Part shown: one piece after another, positions 38,790-47,461 of the stretch
Layout of the letters: each line of letters begins with the position of its first letter
Numbering within the stretch: position 1 is the stretch's first letter
Source: Nitrospira japonica
GTDB lineage: Bacteria > Nitrospirota > Thermodesulfovibrionia > Thermodesulfovibrionales > SM23-35
NCBI GenBank assembly: GCA_020725385.1
Contig: DYFC01000006.1
Span: 3,737-67,736, forward strand
Length of the DNA stretch: 64,000 bases
Direction: 5' to 3'
The notes under the pieces: generated by a model
Told to the model about the DNA's origin: nothing
The model's input: the letters and a program-made list of their open reading frames with translations, nothing else
Database searches by the model: none
Made by a program: the position numbers and the translations under genes

Positions 38790-38985
38790 ATGACTTACGA
38801 ATTTAGTGTTAAAAAGTACGAAAGCGCTTCCGATCATCAAAAAGAATTGGGCAAAAAATAATAGCTGAATTAGGACTGAGAGGAAATGAAAAAATACTTG
38901 ATTTGGGCTGTTGTGACGGAGAACTTACTAAAAACCTATCCCGTCTTGTGCCAGATGGGTATTAGGCATTGATGTTTCCACCTGA
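38790..38985 (+). pseudogene. Decayed SAM-dependent methyltransferase (N-terminal part only, at least 2 frameshifts)
   Basis: MTYEFSVKKYESASDHQKELGKK then a double stop. The +1 frame continues KIIAELGLRGNEKILDLGCCDGELTKNLSRLVPDGY, stop. A further shift gives VLGIDVST, stop. LDLGCxDG...GIDxS is the class I SAM motif I region. Confidence 0.65.
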
Positions 38986-38986
38986 A

Positions 38987-39115
38987 AAATCGATAAAGCT
39001 TAAGCGTGTATATGACCCACCTTCAAAGGATTATGGCAAGAGAATCCTTGTTGATAGGCGGCAAAGGGGCTTCAGGAAGAATGAAGCAAAAATTGATGAA
39101 TGGTTAAATGAGTAA
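38987..39115 (+). pseudogene. DUF488-like N-terminal fragment
   Basis: KSIKLKRVYDPPSKDYGKRILVDRRQRGFRKNEAKIDEWLNE then stop. This resembles the first ~40 aa of DUF488 proteins (RVYDPP..DG.R.LVDRLWPRG..K....D.W); the remainder is missing. Confidence 0.5.
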
Positions 39116-39183
39116 TAAGTTTGAAGAAAGCTACCCATCATGCATTAGGCTCACTACATAGCTTATCTACTTTGAGGTGAGAT

Positions 39184-41610
39184 ATGGATTTAAAAATCCG
39201 CAATACATCTGAATACGAAAAGCTTTCCATTGATGACACACTCAAGGTTTTGGATACATCAATGAATGGGCTTAATGAATCCGAGGCTGAAAACAGGCTA
39301 AAGTTATTCGGATATAACGAGATAACAGAGAAAAAGAAAAACCCCTTGCTCGAATTCCTGCTGCGCTACTGGGGGTCGATGCCCTGGCTGCTGGAATTGG
39401 CAATGGCGCTTTCACTCATATTGAGGCATTATCTTGAGGGGATAATTATCTTTGTGCTCCTTACGGTTAACGCAGTCATAGGCCATATGCATTCACGGGG
39501 TTCTCAAAGGGCTGTTGAGCTTTTGAAGAAGAAGCTCGCTGTTCAGGCAAAGGCATTGCGGGATGGTAAATGGATAATAAAAGTGGGAAAGGAAATTGTG
39601 CCAGGAGATATTATTGCTGTAAAGCTCGGCGATATAATTCCTGCTGATGCAAAGATATTAAGCGGTGAACTTTCTATTGACCAATCAGCCCTTACCGGAG
39701 AATCCCTCCCGGCAAATGCAAAACAATCGGATATTGTTTATTCTGGCTCTGTAGTAAGGCAGGGAGAGGCCAGATGCGTTGTTGTAAATACAGGCATAAA
39801 TACATACTTCGGCAAGACAGCAGAACTGGTCAGGATAGCAAAGCCAAAGTCCCATCAAGAGGAAGTGATGATGGCTATAGTTAGATACATGATGTATCTG
39901 GGCATAGCCGCATTAGTTCTTGTTCTGGCATATGGTTTGGCGATGCATATTCAGGAGCATTTTGTGACTGTGCTTACCCTCGCTGTTATCTTTCTCATGG
40001 GAGCGGTGCCTGTTGCCCTTCCTGCAGTTCTCACCATAGTTCAGGCAGTGGGTGCAATGGAGCTTGCAAAAAAGGGGGCACTGGTAACAAGGCTTGATTC
40101 AATAGAAGACGCTGCCTCCATCGATGTGCTCTGTCTTGATAAAACAGGCACAATAACACAGAACAGATTGTCGGTTGCTGACAGCATAACATTTTCAGAT
40201 TATAAGAAAGAGGATGTTGTTAGAATAGCTGCTCTGGCCTCACAAGAGGAAGGCATGGACATAATAGACCTTGCAGTTATCGAATATGCTAAAGGCATGG
40301 GAGTCGATTTTAATGCATACAAACAGATTTCTTATACGCCATTCAACCCTTCAATCAAGAGGACAGAGGCTATTGTTGAAATTAATGGAAAACAGTTCAG
40401 GGCTATTAAAGGAGCTGCACAGGTAGTTATGTCCATGTGTCGTGGAATTGATAAGGGGACGACAGATAATGCAAATAAAATAATAGAGGAGTTTTCTCAG
40501 AAAGGGTATAGGACAATAGCAGTTGCAAGATCAGAGGGCGATGATTTAGATAATCTTAAGCTTATCGGATTACTGCCTCTCTCAGACCCTCCCAGACCCG
40601 ATTCCAAAGGCATGATAGAGGAGGCAAGAAGGCTTGGAGTAAAGCCGATGATGCTTACAGGAGATAACATAGCCATAGCAAAAGAAATAGCCCGTCAGGT
40701 AGAGATCGGCGATAAGATTATCAGGCTTGAGGACATTAAAGGCCTGAGCGAGGATGAACAGATAAAGATTGTTGGTGAGATTGACGGCCTTGCAGAGATA
40801 TATCCAGAGGACAAATACAGGGTTGTGAAGCTCCTTCAGTCAAAAGGGCATTTGGTGGGCATGACAGGAGACGGGGTAAATGATGCCCCGGCCCTGAAAC
40901 AGGCAGAGATGGGGATAGCTGTTTACAATGCAGCGGATGTGGCAAAGGCATCTGCGAGCGTGGTCTTAACAGAATCGGGCATAGGCGTAATAATCGATGC
41001 AGTAAGAATAAGCAGGCAGACATACCAGAGGATGCTTTCATGGGTAATAAACAAAGTTACAAAGGTCATAGAATTTGTGGGACTGTTGACCATAAGCTTT
41101 TTATGGCTCCATGACATTGTCCTTTCACTTCTCGGAATGTCACTCCTTGTATTTGCCAATGATTTCGTCACCATGACCCTGTCAACGGACAATGTGAAAC
41201 ATACGGGTAATCCAAACAAGTGGAATGTAAAGAACATCACAATCGCATCTCTCATTCCGGGCATGCTGCTGGTGATTGAAGGAATCATTGTAATCCTGAT
41301 CGGCCTAAAATATTTTCATCTTGAATGGGAGAAGCTGCGCACTTTAGTAATGCTGAATCTAATATTTAACAGCCAGTTCAGGGTATTGATTATAAGGGAG
41401 AGGAGGCACTTCTGGTCATCCATGCCAGGCAGGGAATTATTAGTCCTGAGTGCTGCTACGATTATAGGATTCGGACTATTAGGTGTATATGGCATCTTTG
41501 TCCCAGCGCTTACATTGCATCATGTTCTCACTGTTCTTGCTTTTTCTGCCATATTCACCCTCGGCATAGATTTTCCGAAGTATTATCTATTCAGAAGATT
41601 TGGATTATAA
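39184..41610 (+). CDS. P3A-type (plasma-membrane-like) proton-efflux P-type ATPase
   Basis: GLNESEAENRLKLFGYNEI, TGES, TM4 VPVALPAVL (PIAMP-like, not PEGLP), CLDKTGTITQNRLSV, TGDN, MTGDGVNDAPALKQAEMGIAV. The whole-length pattern matches plant/fungal/archaeal H+-ATPases. Visibly higher GC than its neighbours. Confidence 0.85.
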   Translation: MDLKIRNTSEYEKLSIDDTLKVLDTSMNGLNESEAENRLKLFGYNEITEKKKNPLLEFLLRYWGSMPWLLELAMALSLILRHYLEGIIIFVLLTVNAVIGHMHSRGSQRAVELLKKKLAVQAKALRDGKWIIKVGKEIVPGDIIAVKLGDIIPADAKILSGELSIDQSALTGESLPANAKQSDIVYSGSVVRQGEARCVVVNTGINTYFGKTAELVRIAKPKSHQEEVMMAIVRYMMYLGIAALVLVLAYGLAMHIQEHFVTVLTLAVIFLMGAVPVALPAVLTIVQAVGAMELAKKGALVTRLDSIEDAASIDVLCLDKTGTITQNRLSVADSITFSDYKKEDVVRIAALASQEEGMDIIDLAVIEYAKGMGVDFNAYKQISYTPFNPSIKRTEAIVEINGKQFRAIKGAAQVVMSMCRGIDKGTTDNANKIIEEFSQKGYRTIAVARSEGDDLDNLKLIGLLPLSDPPRPDSKGMIEEARRLGVKPMMLTGDNIAIAKEIARQVEIGDKIIRLEDIKGLSEDEQIKIVGEIDGLAEIYPEDKYRVVKLLQSKGHLVGMTGDGVNDAPALKQAEMGIAVYNAADVAKASASVVLTESGIGVIIDAVRISRQTYQRMLSWVINKVTKVIEFVGLLTISFLWLHDIVLSLLGMSLLVFANDFVTMTLSTDNVKHTGNPNKWNVKNITIASLIPGMLLVIEGIIVILIGLKYFHLEWEKLRTLVMLNLIFNSQFRVLIIRERRHFWSSMPGRELLVLSAATIIGFGLLGVYGIFVPALTLHHVLTVLAFSAIFTLGIDFPKYYLFRRFGL

Positions 41611-41627
41611 ATATAGGAGGTTTTTAA

Positions 41628-41942
41628 ATGCCTGAAAGTTCGGATGAAAGGAAGAATGTATCAAAACATATTCTGCCCACATCTTCAAACCTGCTCGGAT
41701 TATGCTTCATATTGATTAACTTCGTGAAATTCTGGAAGATAGATAAAAAGATAGACCTTGTCCTTGATAGGTTCGTCGGAATAGCAATAATCCTGTTTCT
41801 TTTCTCCAGCATATTTTCCTATATGTCCATGCGAGCGAGGAAAAAGGCAGCATTTTACGAAAGGATAGCAGACATCATTTTTCTCATCGGTCTATTTTTC
41901 ATAACAGTCATTTCATTGATGATAGCCTTTGAGGTGCTGTAA
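41628..41942 (+). CDS. Small 3-TM membrane protein, unknown function
   Basis: 104-aa ORF 17 nt after the ATPase stop, with an AGGAGG SD and three hydrophobic stretches. Confidence 0.55.
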   Translation: MPESSDERKNVSKHILPTSSNLLGLCFILINFVKFWKIDKKIDLVLDRFVGIAIILFLFSSIFSYMSMRARKKAAFYERIADIIFLIGLFFITVISLMIAFEVL

Positions 41943-41950
41943 CTATCGAT

Positions 41951-43048
41951 TCATACAGTTGTTTTAATAATTCGAGCAATCTTCTTTATATCTCTGCTAT
42001 TAAGTTCCGGATACATTGGAAGTGAGAGCACTTCTTTTGCTGCTTTTTCAGCCTCTGGAAAATCTCCTTTTTGATAACCAAGAAATTTTAAAGCTTCCTG
42101 TAGATGTAAGGGAACCGGGTAGTAAACAACAGAAGATACGCCATGCTCTTTTAGTCTTTCCTGAATAATATCTCTTTTTTTGCTTCTGATAGTGTATTGA
42201 TGATAAACATGAAATGAGCCTTGCTTTTCAACAGGGCATTGAACAAAATTTGAAAGCAATTCAGTATATATAGACGCATTTTCCCTGCGCTTTTTGTTAT
42301 ATTCATCTATATATTTGAATTTAACAAGTAAAATGCCTGCCTGTAACTCATCAAGCCTGCTATTGAACCCAACTCTTTTATGTCTATAAGAACCTCTTGA
42401 ACCATGATTTCTTAATTGCTTAATAATTTCAGCCGAAGATGCCTTATTAATTGTAATCATTCCCCCATCACCATATGCACCAAGATTCTTACTTGGATAG
42501 AAACTGAAACAACCTGCATCTCCAAAAGACCCTGTTTTTTTCCTGTTAAATTCAGCACCAAAAGATTGGGCACAGTCTTCTATTACTTTTAATTTATATT
42601 TTCTGGCTATCTTCATAATTTCATCCATGTTGGCAGGATGTCCAAAAAGATGAACAGGCAATATGGCTTTTGTTTTTTCAGTTATGTGACTTTTTATCTG
42701 TCCGGCATCCATATTAAATGTATCGGGATCAATATCTACAAAAACAGGAGTAGCTCCAGTGTATAGGATTGCTTCTGCTGTTGCAAAAAAGGTAAAAGGT
42801 GTTGTTAAAACTTCATCGCCCGGTCCTATATCAAGTGCATCTATGGCAAGATGGAGTGCATCTGTTCCAGATGCAACTGCAATAGCATGTTTGGTTCCTA
42901 TATATACAGAAACTTTTTTCTCAAGTTCTGAAACTTTTTCGCCTAATATATAATGACTGCTTTCGAGTATTTCTGTAACTGTACGGATAACATCCTTTTT
43001 GATTGCATAAAACTGGCTTTTAAGATCAACCATCGGTATCATTAACAC
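41951..43048 (-). CDS. DegT/DnrJ/EryC1-family PLP-dependent sugar aminotransferase
   Basis: Family-typical layout with the PLP-lysine context FSFYPSKNLGA. Confidence 0.85.
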   Translation of the reverse strand: MLMIPMVDLKSQFYAIKKDVIRTVTEILESSHYILGEKVSELEKKVSVYIGTKHAIAVASGTDALHLAIDALDIGPGDEVLTTPFTFFATAEAILYTGATPVFVDIDPDTFNMDAGQIKSHITEKTKAILPVHLFGHPANMDEIMKIARKYKLKVIEDCAQSFGAEFNRKKTGSFGDAGCFSFYPSKNLGAYGDGGMITINKASSAEIIKQLRNHGSRGSYRHKRVGFNSRLDELQAGILLVKFKYIDEYNKKRRENASIYTELLSNFVQCPVEKQGSFHVYHQYTIRSKKRDIIQERLKEHGVSSVVYYPVPLHLQEALKFLGYQKGDFPEAEKAAKEVLSLPMYPELNSRDIKKIARIIKTTV

Positions 43049-43959
43049 TAACTCCTTATCATTTCATTTATTTTTAGAACTACACTAAGAGCATTTCTAC
43101 CTTCTTTTGCGGAAACACGTGGCCTTTTTCTATTCTTAACACAATACAGGAAATCTTTTAATTCTTCTTTAAGCGGCTCTTTCTTTTCAGGTCTTATTAC
43201 TTCTGAAAGCATTTTTTCTCCTGACATATAATGACGGGTTATTTCTGATTGTTGATAGTCAATCGCTAAATAAGATTCTTTTTGAAATATTTTGAGTATC
43301 CGTCGTTTTTCAGGAGATAATCTACTTACAGTTGATAATGCCGTACACCCGTTCTCGAAATCAAGCCATGCTTTTGCAACATCAATTTTTTCTGTTAGTA
43401 CCTTTGCACCAACTGCCTTTATATCTTTGACAGATACATCTATGAGACTTAATATTATATCTATGTCATGGATCATTAAATCTAAGGTAACATCCACATC
43501 TGTTGCTCTACCAAGGAAAGGCGACATCCTTTCGGATTCGATAAAGAGTGGCTCTGTAATTAATTCAGATGCTGAAAGTATTGCAGGATTATAACGTTCG
43601 AGATGACCAACCTGGATAATACAATTTTTTTCTTTTGATAGTTTTATAAGTTCCTCAGCTTCTTCTACAGTCTCTGTGATAGGTTTTTCAATAAGTAAAT
43701 CTTTTCCTGCATTTAAGCACTCATAAGCTATGGAATAATGGGTTGTTGTTGGAGTTACTATACTTAATGCATCAACTTTGTCTATTATTTCCCTGTAATT
43801 ATATATTGAATTGCAATTATATTCTTTTGCGAGTGCATCGGCTTTTGTTTTATCAATATCAACAACAGCGATTAATTCAGCTTCTTCAATTTCTGAATAT
43901 ATTCTTGCATGATGACGTCCGAGGTATCCAACACCTATCACTCCTACTTTAACCGGCAA
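43048..43959 (-). CDS. Gfo/Idh/MocA-family sugar-nucleotide dehydrogenase
   Basis: Rossmann N-terminus VGVIGVGYLGRHH. TTG start after an AAGGGGA SD. 1-nt overlap with the aminotransferase gene. Confidence 0.8.
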   Translation of the reverse strand: MPVKVGVIGVGYLGRHHARIYSEIEEAELIAVVDIDKTKADALAKEYNCNSIYNYREIIDKVDALSIVTPTTTHYSIAYECLNAGKDLLIEKPITETVEEAEELIKLSKEKNCIIQVGHLERYNPAILSASELITEPLFIESERMSPFLGRATDVDVTLDLMIHDIDIILSLIDVSVKDIKAVGAKVLTEKIDVAKAWLDFENGCTALSTVSRLSPEKRRILKIFQKESYLAIDYQQSEITRHYMSGEKMLSEVIRPEKKEPLKEELKDFLYCVKNRKRPRVSAKEGRNALSVVLKINEMIRS

Positions 43960-43971
43960 TTTTTCCCCTTT

Positions 43972-44982
43972 TTATAAAGCATTGCTAACCCTTTTAACTT
44001 CTTCAAGTTTTTTCAAAGCCTTGCCTGAATCTATTGATTCAGCAGCTAAATTATATGCTGTTCTTAAATCTTCAGTTTTACCTGCAGCAATAAACGCAAG
44101 AGCTGAATTTAATAATACTATCTCTCTTTTTGGACTTTTTTCACCTTTAAGGATTGAAAGAGTAATTAATGCATTCTCGTCTTTTTTCCCGCCTTTGATT
44201 GATTCAATACTGCTTCTCCATATTCCAAAATCCTCGGGTTCTATAAAGAAATTCTCTACCACACCATTTTTATAACGTGAAATTTTTGTTTTACCAGAAA
44301 TACTTACTTCATCAAGTCCATCTTCTCCATGCACAATAATTGCATCGAGAGTTCCAAGGTTTCCAAGAACTTGTGCGAGAGTATCTGTCAGGTTTTCTGA
44401 AAAAACACCGAGTATCTGTCTTTTTGCTCCTGCAGGATTTGTAATCGGTCCGAGTATATTAAAAATTGTTCTTATCCCTATTTCTCTTCTCGGGCTAATA
44501 GCATATTTCATTGCTGGATGAAACAAGGGTGCAAAAAGAAATCCAAATCCGGTCTGGAAAAGACAGGTCTCAACTTTTTCAGGCTGAAGATCAATCTTAA
44601 TGCCAAGAGCTTCAAGAACATCAGCACTTCCTGATTGGCTGGATACAGAACGATTTCCGTGTTTTGCTACTGGCACTCCTGCTCCGGCTACAACAAATGC
44701 CGTTGTTGTTGATATATTGAATGTATGGGACATGTCACCACCTGTCCCGCATGTATCAAGAACATCTTCAGGAGCTTTTATTCTGGTAGCTTTTTCTCTC
44801 ATTATTTTTGCAGCACCTGTTATTTCATCAACTGTTTCACCTTTTATTCTGAGAGCTGTTAGAAAAGAAGCTATCTGGGAATCAGTTGCTTTACCTTCCA
44901 TAATTTCCTTCATACACTCAGCCATCTCGGTTTCTGAAAGGTTGATATTATTTACTAACATATTTATAGCTTCTTTAATCAT
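43972..44982 (-). CDS. trpD: Anthranilate phosphoribosyltransferase
   Basis: DTCGTGGD, NISTT, KHGNRSVSS motifs. Confidence 0.9.
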   Translation of the reverse strand: MIKEAINMLVNNINLSETEMAECMKEIMEGKATDSQIASFLTALRIKGETVDEITGAAKIMREKATRIKAPEDVLDTCGTGGDMSHTFNISTTTAFVVAGAGVPVAKHGNRSVSSQSGSADVLEALGIKIDLQPEKVETCLFQTGFGFLFAPLFHPAMKYAISPRREIGIRTIFNILGPITNPAGAKRQILGVFSENLTDTLAQVLGNLGTLDAIIVHGEDGLDEVSISGKTKISRYKNGVVENFFIEPEDFGIWRSSIESIKGGKKDENALITLSILKGEKSPKREIVLLNSALAFIAAGKTEDLRTAYNLAAESIDSGKALKKLEEVKRVSNAL

Positions 44983-44989
44983 AAACCCT

Positions 44990-45562
44990 CTACAAATTTT
45001 GAAGTTTTAAGAAATTGTTTAAGAGTCTTTTCCCTTCTCTGGTGAGAATTGATTCTGGATGGAATTGGACACCCTCTATTATAAAAATCTTATGTCTTAC
45101 ACCCATAATTTCCCCACTTTCTGTCCATGCAGTAATTTCAAGACAATCGGGCAAAGTCTCCTTTTTTATTATTAAAGAATGGTATCTCGTTGCTTCAAAA
45201 GGATTTTCAAGCCCTTCAAAAATTGTTTTACCATCATGATATATCATTGATGTTTTGCCATGCATGAGTTTTGGCGCTCTGATAATTTCTCCACCAAATG
45301 CAGCTCCTATCGCCTGATGGCCAAGACATACACCGAGAATCGGTATTCTTCCTGCAAAATTCTTTATTACATCTATTGAAATTCCTGCTTCCTTTGGAGT
45401 ACATGGCCCTGGAGATATAACGATTCTGTCAGGCTTCATTTCTTCAATATCAGAAATCTTTATTTTATTGTTCCTGAATACTTTAATATCTTCACCAAGT
45501 TCTCCAAAATATTGAACAAGGTTATAAGTAAAAGAATCATAATTATCAATCATTAATAGCAT
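44990..45562 (-). CDS. trpG: Anthranilate synthase component II (glutamine amidotransferase)
   Basis: GVCLGHQ nucleophile elbow; HPES C-terminal motif. Confidence 0.9.
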   Translation of the reverse strand: MLLMIDNYDSFTYNLVQYFGELGEDIKVFRNNKIKISDIEEMKPDRIVISPGPCTPKEAGISIDVIKNFAGRIPILGVCLGHQAIGAAFGGEIIRAPKLMHGKTSMIYHDGKTIFEGLENPFEATRYHSLIIKKETLPDCLEITAWTESGEIMGVRHKIFIIEGVQFHPESILTREGKRLLNNFLKLQNL

Positions 45563-45572
45563 GTTATCACCT

Positions 45573-47072
45573 TTAGTGTAATTGCTTCTCAGCCATATTT
45601 ACTGCTTTCATCATACCCATAGCTTTATTTAAAGTTTCTTCATACTCTTTTTCCGGGATAGAGTCTGCGACTATTCCAGCTCCTGCCTGAACATATACTT
45701 TATTGCCTTTGATTATTAAAGTTCTTATTGTTATACATGTATCCATATTGCCTGAATAGCTAATATATCCGACTGCTCCGGCATAAGGACCTCTTCTAAC
45801 AGGCTCGAGCTCTTCGATAATTTCCATTGCTCTTACCTTAGGTGCGCCTGTCACTGTTCCGGCAGGAAAACATGCCTCAAGCACATTAAAAGCATCGAGC
45901 CCTTCTTTAAGTATGCCTTGAACATTAGAAACAAGATGCATAACATGACTGTATCTTTCAATAGACATTAGTTCTGTAACCTTTACTGTACCGACTTCAG
46001 AAACTTTTCCAACATCGTTTCTGCCAAGATCAACAAGCATTATATGCTCTGCTATTTCTTTTGGATCTTTTTTCAACTCTTCTTCAAGTCTTATATCTTC
46101 TTCCTCTGTTTCTCCTCTTTTTCTGGTTCCTGCTATAGGTCTTAGAATAATTTGTCTGCCTTCAAGTCTTACAAGTATCTCCGGAGAAGAACCAACAAGT
46201 TTAGTGTCGCCTGTATCAATATAGTACATATACGGAGATGGATTTATAACACGCAACGCTCTGTAAACATTAAAAGGATCCGAGGAAAATTCACAACCGA
46301 ACCTCTGTGAAAGAACCACCTGAACAATATCTCCTGAAAAAATATATTCTTTGCATTTTAAAACCGCATTTTCAAATGCTTCTTTTGAGATGAATGACGA
46401 TAAATACCTTCTTTGCTGTTCATCCTTATTTAAAGATGGCAATAATGGATTGGCTTTCCTGGTACGACTTTTTGCTTTTCTAAGCTTCTCTACAATATTA
46501 TCAATCTTTTGCCCGGCTTCTTTATATGCTTCCTCTATTGTTTTATTGTTTATATGTGCATTGGATACAACTTTAATTTTCCCTTTCAAATTATCAAATA
46601 TAACGACAGTATCTGTAACCATGAGGAATATATCCGGCAATTTGAGTGATTCTTTCTTATAATCTGGCAATTCTTCAAAGAATCTCACCATGTCATATCC
46701 TATATAACCGACAAGTCCTCCGTAAAATCTCGGCAGTCCGGGGACATCAACAGGTTTATAAGCAGTGAGTTCCCTTTTTATAATGTCAAAAGGGTTTTTT
46801 GTTTTGATACGTTGGGTACCTTTTTCTGTATCTTTTATCTCTATTTTATTACCCCAACCCTTTATAATTCTTGATGGTTTTGAACCGAGAAAAGAATAAC
46901 GAGCCCATTTTTCTCCACCAATCATGCTTTCAAGCAAAAAGGAAGGCGAACCTCCGAGTTTTAGCGCTGCAGAAACAGGGGTTTCAGTATCAGCAAGGAT
47001 TTCTTTATAAACAGGAATTAGATTTCCTTTTGATGAAAGTGCCCTGAATGTTTCTAAATCAGGATACAACAT
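45573..47072 (-). CDS. trpE: Anthranilate synthase component I
   Basis: [15 protein letters not shown], [28 protein letters not shown]. Confidence 0.9.
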   Translation of the reverse strand: MLYPDLETFRALSSKGNLIPVYKEILADTETPVSAALKLGGSPSFLLESMIGGEKWARYSFLGSKPSRIIKGWGNKIEIKDTEKGTQRIKTKNPFDIIKRELTAYKPVDVPGLPRFYGGLVGYIGYDMVRFFEELPDYKKESLKLPDIFLMVTDTVVIFDNLKGKIKVVSNAHINNKTIEEAYKEAGQKIDNIVEKLRKAKSRTRKANPLLPSLNKDEQQRRYLSSFISKEAFENAVLKCKEYIFSGDIVQVVLSQRFGCEFSSDPFNVYRALRVINPSPYMYYIDTGDTKLVGSSPEILVRLEGRQIILRPIAGTRKRGETEEEDIRLEEELKKDPKEIAEHIMLVDLGRNDVGKVSEVGTVKVTELMSIERYSHVMHLVSNVQGILKEGLDAFNVLEACFPAGTVTGAPKVRAMEIIEELEPVRRGPYAGAVGYISYSGNMDTCITIRTLIIKGNKVYVQAGAGIVADSIPEKEYEETLNKAMGMMKAVNMAEKQLH

Positions 47073-47115
47073 ATTGACAAAAACTATCCTTTCCTATTAG
47101 TATTATTAAAGTTCA

Positions 47116-47145
47116 ATTATAGCTTATTATTGCTCGATAAGTTAA
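47116..47145 (-). promoter_or_regulatory. Candidate sigma-70 promoter for trpE (TTAACT-N18-TATAAT on the minus strand)
   Basis: Read on the minus strand. It would give a leader of ~35-40 nt, so no room for an attenuator or T-box. Confidence 0.3.
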
Positions 47146-47207
47146 GAGTTTTAAGACAATATTTTTTTCTTAAGATTTATACTTTCTGTCTTGCAATAAC
47201 TTTAAAT

Positions 47208-47283
<76 letters not shown>

Positions 47284-47386
47284 TTATAGTATTTAGATCA
47301 AAGTTAATATTTATAAGAGATATAAGCCGGTTTTCGTTTAATTATTTTAAACTTATCACTTTTTGTGCTGAATTTTTTCATAGATT

Positions 47387-47461
47387 GGCGGCGTACCCAA
47401 GTGGCAAGGGAGAGGTCTGCAAAACCTTTATGCAGCGGTTCAAATCCGCTCGCCGCCTCCA
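47387..47461 (+). tRNA. tRNA-Cys (GCA), CCA encoded
   Basis: Acceptor GGCGGCG/CGCCGCC, anticodon stem GAGGT/ACCTT with loop CTGCAAA, T arm AGCGG-TTCAAAT-CCGCT, discriminator U; 75 nt. Confidence 0.85.

Noticed and set aside
40736-41288. Two minus-strand ORFs (101 and 121 aa)
   Set aside because: They are antisense to the P-type ATPase gene. They are a GC-driven artefact with Pro/Ser/Leu-rich nonsense sequence.
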